Positions 21,533 through 30,637 of a DNA stretch of 64,000 nucleotides are shown piece after piece (within the stretch, counting starts at the first letter, position 1; every line of letters begins with the position of its first letter). The notes beneath the pieces are model-generated. The model worked only from the letters and a program-made list of their open reading frames with translations. It made no database searches and was not told the origin of the DNA. This DNA comes from Solirubrobacterales bacterium (lineage in GTDB: Bacteria > Actinomycetota > Thermoleophilia > Solirubrobacterales > Solirubrobacteraceae). A program made the translations under genes and the position numbers. The stretch is taken from the NCBI GenBank assembly GCA_038318085.1, contig JBBQBV010000001.1, forward strand, positions 2,728 through 66,727, given 5' to 3'.

Positions 21533-22059
21533 GCTCGAACTTCGAACGCCTCGCCAGCGAGACGATCTACGAGGGCAAGATCGCCACGGTCCGCCGCGAT
21601 CGCTTCCGCTACGACGACGGCAGCGAGGCCGAGCGGGAGATCGTCGCCCACCCGGGTGCCGTGGCCGTCGTCGCCCACGACGGAGAGTCCGTCTGGCTCG
21701 TCCGCCAGCCGCGCGAGCCCGTCGGCCTCCCCGACCTGCTCGAGCTGCCCGCCGGCAAGCTCGACGAGGAGGGCGAGCCGGTGGTCGAGACCGCCAGGCG
21801 CGAGCTCGCCGAGGAGATCGGCAAGGCGGCCGCGCACTGGGAGCACCTGCACACCTTCTTCAACTCGCCGGGCTTCTCCGACGAGGAGGTCCACATCTAC
21901 CTGGCCACCGGCCTCTCCGACGTCGAGCGTCCCGAGACCGACGAGGACGAGCGCATCGAGATCCTCGCCTGCCCGCTGAGCGACCTCGACCGCCTGATCG
22001 ACGAGTGCCAGGACTCCAAGACCCTCGTCGGCCTCTACGCCCTCCGGCGCCGGCTGTAA
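21529..22059 (+). CDS. NUDIX hydrolase (ADP-ribose pyrophosphatase-like)
   Basis: ATGA overlap with the peptidase gene. Nudix box GKLDEEGEPVVETARRELAEEIG. Confidence 0.8.
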   Translation: MSSNFERLASETIYEGKIATVRRDRFRYDDGSEAEREIVAHPGAVAVVAHDGESVWLVRQPREPVGLPDLLELPAGKLDEEGEPVVETARRELAEEIGKAAAHWEHLHTFFNSPGFSDEEVHIYLATGLSDVERPETDEDERIEILACPLSDLDRLIDECQDSKTLVGLYALRRRL

Positions 22060-22128
22060 CCGCGCGCGCCCCCTGAACGCGCCGTTGCACCGGGCAGGCG
22101 TCCCCGCCGCCCGGGCGAACGGCATGCC

Positions 22129-23076
22129 ATGGGCGTCACCGAAACCACTGCGGGTCCTGCGCCGCTGGAGCCGCACGTGCTCGACTTCCTGGCCTACCTG
22201 GAGTTCGAGCGCGGGCTGTCGCGCAACACGCTCGAGGCCTACCGGTCCGACCTGCTGCAGTACGGCGCCTGGCTGCGTGAGGGGCGGAAGAACCCGCTCG
22301 ACGTCGAGCACTCAGACGTCGCCGCCTTCCTGTCGGGACTGGCCGCCGGGGTCGGTGACCGACCGCCTGTCGCGCCCGCGACGCTGCAGCGCAAGGTCGC
22401 GTGCCTGCGCTCCTTTCACCGCCACCTGCGCCGCGAGGACCTGATCGTCGACGACCCGACCGCGCACATCCACGCGCCGCGCCAGAGCCGCCGGCTGCCC
22501 AAGGTGCTGACCCGCGAGGAGGTCAACGAGCTGCTCGCGCAGCCGCAGGGGACCGAGCCCGCCGCGCTGCGCGACCGCGCGATGCTCGAGCTCATGTACG
22601 CCTGCGGGCTGCGCGCGTCGGAGGCCGTCGACCTCGACGTCGGCGACCTCGACGTCGAGTCGGCGGTGCTGCGCGCCCGCGGCAAGGGCTCCAAGGAGCG
22701 GATGGTGCCCGTCGGCTCCGCGGCGATCCGCGCAGTCGTCGTCTACCTGCAGCGCGGACGGCCGCGGTTGGTGGGCCTGCGCCACGAGTCGCGGCTGTTC
22801 GTCAACCACCGCGGCCAGGGGCTCACGCGCCAGGGGCTGTACAAGATCGTCCAGCGCCACGCGCTCAGCGCCGGGCTCGCCGACAAGATGAGCCCGCACA
22901 CGCTGCGCCACAGCTTCGCCACCCACCTGCTCGCCGGCGGCTGCGACCTGCGCGCCGTGCAGGAGATGCTCGGGCACGCCGACATCGCCACCACCCAGCT
23001 CTACACGCACCTCTCGCCCGGCCGCCTGAAGGACGTCTACTTCGAGGCGCACCCGCGGGCGCAGTCCCCGGGCTGA
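22129..23076 (+). CDS. xerD: Site-specific tyrosine recombinase XerD
   Basis: 315 aa. N-terminal SAM-like domain, catalytic ...GLRASE..., HTLRHSFATHLL, GHADIATTQLYTH. Follows pyrG and NUDIX as in mycobacteria. Confidence 0.85.
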   Translation: MGVTETTAGPAPLEPHVLDFLAYLEFERGLSRNTLEAYRSDLLQYGAWLREGRKNPLDVEHSDVAAFLSGLAAGVGDRPPVAPATLQRKVACLRSFHRHLRREDLIVDDPTAHIHAPRQSRRLPKVLTREEVNELLAQPQGTEPAALRDRAMLELMYACGLRASEAVDLDVGDLDVESAVLRARGKGSKERMVPVGSAAIRAVVVYLQRGRPRLVGLRHESRLFVNHRGQGLTRQGLYKIVQRHALSAGLADKMSPHTLRHSFATHLLAGGCDLRAVQEMLGHADIATTQLYTHLSPGRLKDVYFEAHPRAQSPG

Positions 23077-23091
23077 ATACCCTCTGGCGGC

Positions 23092-23646
23092 GTGCGCCGC
23101 CCCGGTCTGCTCATCATCCTGCTCGTCGCCCTCGCGGGCTGCGGCAACGCGCGGACGCGGCCGCCGGACACCGAGCATCCGGACGCGCCGCGCCTGCCCC
23201 ATGACTACGCGATCGCCGACGCCGGCGTGTCCTTCGAGGGACCCGGGAACTGGCAGCCGCTGCCGCCCGGGGGCCCGCTGGTGGGCGGCATCCGCAACAA
23301 GACGGCCACCCTGGCGATCTGGCGGTATCCGCGCACCGAGCCGCTGCCCACCACCTCGGCCGCGCTCGAGGAGGTCCGTGGCCTGCTGCTCGCGCGCATC
23401 AGGCAGCGCAACCCGACCTTCGTGGTGCGCCAGAGCCGGCTGCGCCGCCGCGGCGGGCTGGAGGGGATCGAGCTCGTCGGGCGCCAGACGATCGCCGGGC
23501 TGCGGTACTACGTGCGCTCGACGCACCTGTTCAAGGCGGGCGCCGAAGTGGTCATCGACGCCTACGCGCCGCCCGGGGAGTTCGTCCGCGTCGACCGCAC
23601 GGTGTTCGGCCCGGTGCTGCGGTCGCTGAAGGTCACCACGCCGTGA
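23092..23646 (+). CDS. Putative lipoprotein, unknown function
   Basis: GTG start. Signal peptide with lipobox LLVALAGCGN. No recognisable catalytic motif. Confidence 0.5.
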   Translation: MRRPGLLIILLVALAGCGNARTRPPDTEHPDAPRLPHDYAIADAGVSFEGPGNWQPLPPGGPLVGGIRNKTATLAIWRYPRTEPLPTTSAALEEVRGLLLARIRQRNPTFVVRQSRLRRRGGLEGIELVGRQTIAGLRYYVRSTHLFKAGAEVVIDAYAPPGEFVRVDRTVFGPVLRSLKVTTP

Positions 23647-24779
23647 GGCGGGCCTTCGTCGTCGTGCTCGACGCGTGCGGGGCCGGCGCGCTGCCCGACG
23701 CAGCCGGCTACGGGGACGGCGAGTCAGACACCCTCGTCCATGTCGCCGCGCTCGCCGGCGGGCTGGACCTGCCGACGCTCGAGCGCCTCGGGCTCGGGTC
23801 GATCCGGCCGCTGGCCGGCGTCGCGCCGGCCACCGACCCGGTCATGCACGGCCGCCTGCACGCCCAGGGGCCCGGCAAGGACACGATCTGCGGCCACTGG
23901 GAGCTGATGGGCGTCGTCACGCCGAGCGCCCTGCCCACCTACCCGGACGGGTTCTCAGACGCCGTGGTCGAGGGGCTGCGCGCCGCCTGGGACCGCGAGA
24001 TCATCGGCAACATCCCGGCCAACGGGGTCGAGATCATCGAGCGCCTCGGCGCCGAGCACGTGCGCAGCGGGGCGGCGATCGTCTACACCTCGGCCGACTC
24101 CGTGCTGCAGATCGCCGGCCACGAGGACGTCGTCGCCGAGCGCGAGCTGTACGCCATGTGCGAGGCCGCCCGCGCGCTCGTCGACGTCGGCCGCGTGATC
24201 GCGCGGCCGTTCCGGGGGACGCCCGGCGCCTTCACCCGCACCGGCGGGCGCCGCGACTACGCGCTCCCGCCACCCGCCCGCTCCTACCTGCAGGAGTGCC
24301 AGGCCGCCGGGGTCCCGGTCCACGGCGTCGGCAAGGTCCACGACGTCTTCGGTGGCGTGGGGCTCGACGCGGGACACGCCGGCGCGGACAACGCGACGGC
24401 GCTCGCGGCCATCACGCGGCTCGTCTCAGAGCTCGAGGGCGGCCTGGTCTTCGCCAACCTGGTCGACACCGACCAGGTCTTCGGGCACCGCAAGGACGTC
24501 GCGGGCTTCGCGGGGGCGCTGGCCGGGATCGACGCGGCGGTGGCGGGCTGGCTGGGGCAGCTCGACCCCGAGCGCGACCTGCTGGTCATCACCGCCGACC
24601 ACGGCGTCGATCCCGCGCACCCCGGCTCAGACCACACCCGCGAGCACGTCCCGCTGCTGGCCGCCTTCGCGGGCCACGGCGGGCGCCGCCACGACGGCCC
24701 GATGGCCGACGTCGGGGCGTCCTGTCTGCGCTGGCTGGCCGATCGCGACGCACCGCTCCCCGGCGAGGCCTTCGTCTAG
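23643..24779 (+). CDS. deoB: Phosphopentomutase
   Basis: GTGA overlap. VVVLDACGAGALPDAAGYGD...DT, GHWELMG, and a C-terminal ADHG.DP...HTRE metal-binding pattern. Confidence 0.85.
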   Translation: MRRAFVVVLDACGAGALPDAAGYGDGESDTLVHVAALAGGLDLPTLERLGLGSIRPLAGVAPATDPVMHGRLHAQGPGKDTICGHWELMGVVTPSALPTYPDGFSDAVVEGLRAAWDREIIGNIPANGVEIIERLGAEHVRSGAAIVYTSADSVLQIAGHEDVVAERELYAMCEAARALVDVGRVIARPFRGTPGAFTRTGGRRDYALPPPARSYLQECQAAGVPVHGVGKVHDVFGGVGLDAGHAGADNATALAAITRLVSELEGGLVFANLVDTDQVFGHRKDVAGFAGALAGIDAAVAGWLGQLDPERDLLVITADHGVDPAHPGSDHTREHVPLLAAFAGHGGRRHDGPMADVGASCLRWLADRDAPLPGEAFV

Positions 24780-25913
24780 GTGCGGGGCGCGCTGCCGCTG
24801 TGCCTGGCGCTCGCGCTGCTGACGGGCTGCGGTGACCGGCAGCCGGGGCCCTCCCCGCGCCCCGCGCCGACCGTCACGCCGACGCCGGCGCCGCCGACCG
24901 ACGCCCAGCTGCTCCGGCGCGTCCTCCGGCGCCGCGCCCGGGCGGTCGAGGCCGCGCGGCGCGTGCGGCGGCTCGGCCTGACGTCGGCGCGCTACGTGGT
25001 CGCCCGTACGACGGTCCGCGGGGACCGGGCGCTCTTGCGCGTGCGCCTGTCCTACGGCGTGCGGGGCGTGGCGGGGGACTTCGGCCTCGAGCGCGTCCTG
25101 CGGGCGCGCAGGCGGCGAGGGGCCTGGCGGATCTCCGGCGCAGCGGGGGAACGCCGCGCCGACGCGTGGGACATCGACGACTACCGGCGCGAACAGTCGC
25201 CGCACTTCGTGGTCTGGACGCCGCGGGACATCCCCGCGCCGATCGCAGCGCTGGAGGCCAGCTACGCGCGCATGCGCGACGTGCTCGACCGTGGCCGCCT
25301 GCGGCGACGCTACCTCGTAGTGATCGCCCGCGACGGCGAGCACGCGCGCCGTCTGACCCAGCGCATCGGCGGTCTGGACAGCCTCGCCGCCCTCACCGAT
25401 ACGGAGGTCCAGCTGGAGGGCCCCGCCGAGAGGGTCGGCACGATCGCGTCGCTACGCCTGCTGATCGTCCAGAGCAGCTTCGCCACGGGCGGCGCGACGG
25501 TCCAGCGGACCGTGATCACCCACGAGCTCACCCACGCGGCGCTCGCGCCGATCACCTCGGGCCGCACCCCCTCGTGGTTGACCGAGGGCGTCGCCGAGTA
25601 CGTGTCCGAGGATGACCGGCGCGCCGAGGCCGCGCGCGACCGCGCAATCGGGACGGCGCCGAGCCTGCGCGCGCTGAGCGCGCCGGACGCGATCGGGCGG
25701 CTGGGAGGAGCGCCGCAGTCGGCCGCCTACGCGGCCGCCTCCGCGGCGGCCTACGCGATCGCCGAGCGCTACGGGCGCGAACGCCTGCTGCGGCTCTACG
25801 AGGCCTACGGGAACGAGCGGCTGCACGGGCGTCCCGGCGACCCCGCGCTCACCGACCGCGCGGCGCGCCGCGTGCTGGGCGTCAGCCTGGCCGCGCTGCA
25901 GGGCAGCCTCTGA
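24780..25913 (+). CDS. Putative lipoprotein with HExxH gluzincin-type metallopeptidase motif
   Basis: GTG directly after the deoB stop. Lipobox LALALLTGCGD. VITHELTHAAL followed by WLTEGVAEYVS, a candidate third ligand Glu. Confidence 0.55.
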   Translation: MRGALPLCLALALLTGCGDRQPGPSPRPAPTVTPTPAPPTDAQLLRRVLRRRARAVEAARRVRRLGLTSARYVVARTTVRGDRALLRVRLSYGVRGVAGDFGLERVLRARRRRGAWRISGAAGERRADAWDIDDYRREQSPHFVVWTPRDIPAPIAALEASYARMRDVLDRGRLRRRYLVVIARDGEHARRLTQRIGGLDSLAALTDTEVQLEGPAERVGTIASLRLLIVQSSFATGGATVQRTVITHELTHAALAPITSGRTPSWLTEGVAEYVSEDDRRAEAARDRAIGTAPSLRALSAPDAIGRLGGAPQSAAYAAASAAAYAIAERYGRERLLRLYEAYGNERLHGRPGDPALTDRAARRVLGVSLAALQGSL

Positions 25914-26755
25914 TGCCGGAGCTGCCCGAGGTCGAGACGATCCGGCGCCAGCTCGCGCCGCACGTGCAGGGCCGTACGCTGGCGCGCCTGGAGGTCCTCG
26001 ACCCGCGCTGGTCGCGGCCGCTCGCGCCGGCCGAGGTCGCGGCGGCCTCCGAGGGCCGGCGGGTGCTCGCGCTGACGCGGCGCGGGAAGTACCTGACCTT
26101 CGAGCTCTCCGATGAGGTGTTCCTGATCTGCCACCTGCGCATGACGGGCACGCTGCTGCTCGACCCGCCATCACCGCCCAGGCACACGCGCGTCCGCTTC
26201 GACTTCGAAGACCACGAGCTGGTCTTCGTCGACCCGCGCCGCTTCGGCACGGGGGAGCTGGCGCTCGGAGCGGCGGCGCGCGACGCGTTCTTCGCCGCGC
26301 GGCTCGGCCTCGAGCCCTTCGACCCGGCCTTCACGGGCGCGCACCTGCGCGCGCTGGCGCGGTCGTCGCGGGCGCCGATCAAGGCCTTCCTGCTCGACCA
26401 GAAGCGGGTCGCCGGCGTCGGCAACATCTACGCCGACGAGGCGCTGTTCCGCGCCCGGATCCACCCGCTGCGGCCGGCGGGCACGCTCACGGGCGCCCAG
26501 CTCGACGCGCTGCGCGACGCCGTGGTCGCGGCGCTGGTCGCCGGGATCGCCGCCAAGGGCGCGACGATCGACGACTTCCGCGACCCCTACGGCGTGCAGG
26601 GGTCCTTCCAGGACCAGTTCCTCGTGCACCGGCGCGCGGGGCAGCCGTGCCCGAGCTGCGCCACGGCGGTGGTCAAGCTGCGGGCGGCCGGGCGGGGAAC
26701 CTACGTCTGCCCGCGCTGCCAAGCTACGCCGCGTCGTCGGAGACGAGGTCTTTGA
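25913..26755 (+). CDS. mutM: Formamidopyrimidine-DNA glycosylase
   Basis: MPELPEVETIRR N-terminus (catalytic Pro2/Glu3), an H2TH region, and a C-terminal zinc finger CPSC...CPRCQ. Confidence 0.9.
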   Translation: MPELPEVETIRRQLAPHVQGRTLARLEVLDPRWSRPLAPAEVAAASEGRRVLALTRRGKYLTFELSDEVFLICHLRMTGTLLLDPPSPPRHTRVRFDFEDHELVFVDPRRFGTGELALGAAARDAFFAARLGLEPFDPAFTGAHLRALARSSRAPIKAFLLDQKRVAGVGNIYADEALFRARIHPLRPAGTLTGAQLDALRDAVVAALVAGIAAKGATIDDFRDPYGVQGSFQDQFLVHRRAGQPCPSCATAVVKLRAAGRGTYVCPRCQATPRRRRRGL

Positions 26756-26987
26756 GGCGCCCGGCGCGATCCCACGCGGCGAGCTCCTGGAAGCCGCCGA
26801 TGCCCTCGCCGTCGATGACGACCTGTGGGAACGTCATCATGCCGGTCTTACCGGCCAGCTCTGCGCGGCCGTCGGGGTCCTTGGCGAGGTTGATCTCGTC
26901 GTAGGTGATCCTGCGGGCAGCCAGCAGCGACTTGGCCGTCCGGCAGAACCCGCACGGTTCAGTGGTGTACATCACGACGCGGCTCAT
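26724..26987 (-). CDS. Glutaredoxin
   Basis: 87 aa. MSRVVMYTTEPCGFCRTAK carries the CxxC active site, TFPQVVIDGEGIGGF follows. It is the 3' part of shadow-extended ORF 26724..27749. Its 3' end overlaps the mutM 3' end by 32 nt. Confidence 0.8.
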   Translation of the reverse strand: MSRVVMYTTEPCGFCRTAKSLLAARRITYDEINLAKDPDGRAELAGKTGMMTFPQVVIDGEGIGGFQELAAWDRAGRLKDLVSDDAA

Positions 26988-27014
26988 TACTTCACTAAGT
27001 ATAGCGACAAGATC

Positions 27015-27755
27015 ATGCCCCGCACCATCAAGACCGAAGCCATCGTGCTGCGCTCCTTCCGCTACGGCGAAGCGGACCGGATCCTGCACCTCTATACCCC
27101 GCATCGCGGCAAGGTGAGCGCGATCGCCAAGGGCGTGCGCAAGGCCAGGTCGCGCTTCGGCGGGCGCCTGGAGCCGTTCTTTCGCCTCGAGGCGGTGCTG
27201 CACGAGGGCCGGTCGGAGCTGCTGACGGTCACCAGCGTGACCACGATCTCCGCCCACCCGCGGCTGCGCGAGGGCGCGGCGCCGCTGGACGTCGCGGCGC
27301 GCTGCTGTGACGCTGTCGCGCGCCTGTTCGCCACCGAGGATCCGCACCCCGGCGTCTACCACCTGCTGGCCAACGAGCTCGCCCTGCTCGAGGGCTCGCC
27401 GGCCTGCGCCACGGCCGCCAACGGCGTCGCCTTCCGCATGAAGCTGCTGCTGGCGGCGGGCATCTCCCCGCAGCTGTCGGCCTGCGCCTCCTGCGGCGAG
27501 ACCGACGAGCTCTCGGGTTTCTCGGGGGCGGCGGGCGGCGTCGTGTGCCCGGCGTGCGAGGCAGGGTCGTTCGCGCTCGGCGAGGCCGCGCACGCGTTTC
27601 TCGTCGAGGCGCTCGGCCGGCCGCTGGCCGACACGCCCGCCGTCGCGGCCTCCCCGCTCGCGCAGGCCGACCGCGCGGTCCGCGAGACCGCCGAGCACCA
27701 TGCGCATGTCCGGCTCGGCGCGCTCGCGGTACGGACCGCGCACGCACATTCGTGA
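27015..27755 (+). CDS. recO: DNA repair protein RecO
   Basis: AIVLRSFRYGEADRILHLYTPHRGKVSAIAKGVRK OB-fold N-terminus and a CxxC...CxxC zinc motif (CASCGE ... CPACE). Confidence 0.85.
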   Translation: MPRTIKTEAIVLRSFRYGEADRILHLYTPHRGKVSAIAKGVRKARSRFGGRLEPFFRLEAVLHEGRSELLTVTSVTTISAHPRLREGAAPLDVAARCCDAVARLFATEDPHPGVYHLLANELALLEGSPACATAANGVAFRMKLLLAAGISPQLSACASCGETDELSGFSGAAGGVVCPACEAGSFALGEAAHAFLVEALGRPLADTPAVAASPLAQADRAVRETAEHHAHVRLGALAVRTAHAHS

Positions 27756-27807
27756 AAACTCTCCGCGAGACGGTCAGGCGGTCCTGGGCGGATGCGACAC
27801 TTCAGGG

Positions 27808-28815
27808 GTGCAGACCTCCGTGGCATCGTCCTACGCCGAGCGCGTGTCCGCGGCCGAGGAGGCGGGGCTCGCACCGCTGGCCATGCGCTCCTACCCTGCT
27901 GCGCGGGCCGTGGCGGAGGAGGAGTGTTCGCTGCGCACGCCATTTCAGCGCGACCGCGACCGGATCGTGCACTCCAAGGCCTTCCGCCGGCTCAAGCACA
28001 AGACGCAGGTCTTCGTCGCGCCGCTTGGCGACCACTACCGCACGCGGCTGACGCATACGCTGGAGGCGACGCAGGTCTCGCGCACGGTGGCGCGGGCGCT
28101 GCGCCTCAACGAGGATCTCGTCGAGGCGATCGGCCTGGGCCACGACCTCGGCCATCCCGCCTTCGGGCACATCGGCGAGGAGGTTCTGGACCGCTGCGGG
28201 CGCGAGCGCTTCGGCCGCGGCTTCCGCCACAACGAGCACTCGTTGCGCGTCGTCGACGTGCTCGAGCGGCTCAACCTGACCGATCCGGTTCGCGACGGCA
28301 TCCTGCGCCACTCCAGCGGGGCCGGCGAGCCCGCCACCCTGGAGGGCAAGATCGTGCGCCTGGTGGACCGCATCGCCTACATCAACCACGACATCGACGA
28401 CGCGCTGCGCGCCGGCGTCATCGTCGCGGGGGACCTGCCCGCGCGGGAGATCGCGATCCTGGGGGAGACCGGCCCGCGTCGCATCGACCGCCTCGTACAC
28501 GATCTCGTCGAGCACTCCGAGCGCGCCGGGGACATCGTGCAGGGCGACGAGGTCGGCTCCGCGATGCTCGCGCTGCGCGCCTTCATGTTCGAGTGCGTGT
28601 ACCTCGGCGACACGGCGCGCCAGCAGCACGCGCGCATCGAGCGCGTCCTGCGCGGGCTCTTCGACTGGTACTGCGAGCACCCGGAGGAGCTGCCGGTCTC
28701 GCTCGAGGCCGCGACGCTCGCCGAGCGGGTCATGGACTACATCGCGGGGATGACGGACCGCTTCGCCACCCGCGCCTGGACCGAGCGCGCGGTGCCGACC
28801 GGATTCGCGGTCTAG
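27808..28815 (+). CDS. dgt: dGTP triphosphohydrolase-like HD-domain protein
   Basis: FQRDRDRIVHSKAFRRLKHKTQV, RLTHTLEATQV, and GHDLGHPAFGH (HD motif). The start is uncertain: GTG 27808 or ATG 27883. Confidence 0.8.
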   Translation: MQTSVASSYAERVSAAEEAGLAPLAMRSYPAARAVAEEECSLRTPFQRDRDRIVHSKAFRRLKHKTQVFVAPLGDHYRTRLTHTLEATQVSRTVARALRLNEDLVEAIGLGHDLGHPAFGHIGEEVLDRCGRERFGRGFRHNEHSLRVVDVLERLNLTDPVRDGILRHSSGAGEPATLEGKIVRLVDRIAYINHDIDDALRAGVIVAGDLPAREIAILGETGPRRIDRLVHDLVEHSERAGDIVQGDEVGSAMLALRAFMFECVYLGDTARQQHARIERVLRGLFDWYCEHPEELPVSLEAATLAERVMDYIAGMTDRFATRAWTERAVPTGFAV

Positions 28816-28825
28816 CGGGCCACTG

Positions 28826-30583
28826 GTGGCGCGCTACACGGACGATTCCCGCGAGAAGGTCCGCGACGCGGTCGACTTCGTCGACCTGGTCGGCTCGCGC
28901 GTCGAGCTGCGCAAGGCCGGCGTCCGGCGCTACGTCGGGCTGTGCCCGTTTCACGACGAGCGCTCGCCGTCGTTCGGGATCGACCCCGTCGAGAAGCTCT
29001 ACTACTGCTTCGGCTGCGGCGAGGGCGGCGACGTCTTCAAGTTCGTCATGGAGACCGAGACGCTCGGCTTCGGGGAGGCGCTCGAGCTGCTGGGCGACCG
29101 CTACAACGTGCAGCTCGAACGCACCGAGGAGGACCCGCGGGCCGCCGAGAAGCGCGATCGCCGTGATCGCCTGCACAGCCTCTTGGAGCGCGCGGCCGCC
29201 TACTACGTGCGGCTGCTGTGGGAGTCGCCCGAGGCGGCGGGCGCCCGGGAGTACCTGGCCGCGCGCGGGTTGCAGGAGCCGACCCTGCGCGAGTTCCGCG
29301 TCGGCTATTCATCCGCGAGCTGGGACCGCGTGGTGACCGCGTCCCTGCATGCCGACTATTCACCGGGAGAGCTGCTGGCCGCCGGGCTGGCGTCGCGCTC
29401 GCGCGGCCGCGACGGGCTGATCGACCGCTTCCGCGGGCGCCTGATGTTCCCCTGGGCCGACGCGCGCGGCCGCGTGCTCGGCTTCGGGGCCCGCGCGCTG
29501 GCACCCGACGACCAGCCCAAGTACCTCAACTCCGCCGAGAGCGAGGTCTTTCACAAGGGCCGCCAGGTCTACGGGACCCACATCGCCCGCACGGCGGCCG
29601 CGAAGGCGGGCTCCGTCGTGCTCGTCGAGGGCTACACCGACGTGATCGCGCTGCACCAGGCGGGCATCGGCAACGCGGTCGGTCAGATGGGCACGGCGCT
29701 TGCCGAGGGGCAGGCCGCCGAGCTGGCCAAGCTCGCGCCCTCCGTGTCGCTGTGCCTGGACGCCGACGCCGCTGGGCAGGAGGCGACCCAGCGCGCCGCC
29801 GGCGTGCTGCGCGCCCTGCCCAACCCGCCGGAAGTGCGCGTCGTCGCACTGCCGCCGGGCTCGGACCCCGCCGAGGTCGCCTCCGCCCCCGGCGGGACCG
29901 ACGAGGTCGAAGCGATGCTCCGTCGTGCGGTGCCCTTCACGCGCTGGCAGGTCGAGGTCGCGCTCGCGCGCGGCGACCTGTCGTCGGCCGAGGGCCGCGA
30001 CAACCTGCTGGCCGAGACCTCCGCGGTCCTTTCCAAGCTCCCGCCGAGCGTCCTGCGCGAGGAGCTCGTCCGGCTGGTCGCCGGGCGACTGGGCCTGTCC
30101 GAGGGACTAGCGGCATCCGCCCTCGGCAGGACGGCATCCGGCTCGGCACCGCGCGCGAACGGCCACGGCGGCTCCGCGCATCGCGCCATGGACCGGCGCG
30201 AGCAGACCGAGCTGGCGTTCCTCTCGCTCTGTCTGTCCTTCCCCGCGCCCGGCGCCGGGCGCCTGGCCGCGCTCGACGGCGACGCGCTCTCCTCAGACCT
30301 CATCCGCCGCGCGGCCGCGCACCTGCGCGCCCACCTCCCCGCCCCGGCCGCCGGCCTGCCGCCTGAAGACGACGCGCTCTCGGCCCTGATCGCCGAGATC
30401 GTCGTGCGCGCAGGCGCGCTCGAGGACGCCGATGCCTCCGAGCTCGACCGGGCCGGCTACATGCTCGACCTCGCCCGTCTGGAGCGCGACATCGCCACCG
30501 CCCGCGTGGCCGAGACCCCCTTGAGCGACCTCGCGGTGGAGCGCCAGCGCGTCCTCGGACAGCTGCGCAGGCTGACGCGCTGA
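28826..30583 (+). CDS. dnaG: DNA primase
   Basis: GTG start. Zinc-ribbon CPFHDERSPSF...YYCFGCGEGGDVFKF, a TOPRIM region VLVEGYTDVIALHQAG, and a C-terminal helical domain. Confidence 0.9.
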   Translation: MARYTDDSREKVRDAVDFVDLVGSRVELRKAGVRRYVGLCPFHDERSPSFGIDPVEKLYYCFGCGEGGDVFKFVMETETLGFGEALELLGDRYNVQLERTEEDPRAAEKRDRRDRLHSLLERAAAYYVRLLWESPEAAGAREYLAARGLQEPTLREFRVGYSSASWDRVVTASLHADYSPGELLAAGLASRSRGRDGLIDRFRGRLMFPWADARGRVLGFGARALAPDDQPKYLNSAESEVFHKGRQVYGTHIARTAAAKAGSVVLVEGYTDVIALHQAGIGNAVGQMGTALAEGQAAELAKLAPSVSLCLDADAAGQEATQRAAGVLRALPNPPEVRVVALPPGSDPAEVASAPGGTDEVEAMLRRAVPFTRWQVEVALARGDLSSAEGRDNLLAETSAVLSKLPPSVLREELVRLVAGRLGLSEGLAASALGRTASGSAPRANGHGGSAHRAMDRREQTELAFLSLCLSFPAPGAGRLAALDGDALSSDLIRRAAAHLRAHLPAPAAGLPPEDDALSALIAEIVVRAGALEDADASELDRAGYMLDLARLERDIATARVAETPLSDLAVERQRVLGQLRRLTR

Positions 30584-30585
30584 GA

Positions 30586-30615
30586 CGGTTCGGATCCGAA
30601 CCGGATTCCGTCCGG
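30586..30615 (+). terminator. Two adjacent palindromes directly after the dnaG stop
   Basis: CGGTTCGGATCCGAACCG is a perfect 18-bp palindrome (30586..30603). It overlaps CCGGA-ttccg-TCCGG (30601..30615). There is no U-tract. Confidence 0.45.
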
Positions 30616-30637
30616 TAGGGGAACTAGTGTTCGCCTC

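Noticed and set aside
30584-30637. Absence of rpoD after dnaG, checked as a possible disrupted macromolecular-synthesis operon
   Set aside because: The rpsU-dnaG-rpoD arrangement belongs to proteobacteria and firmicutes. In actinobacterial-type genomes dnaG is typically followed by tRNA-Asn, so the missing rpoD is not an anomaly.
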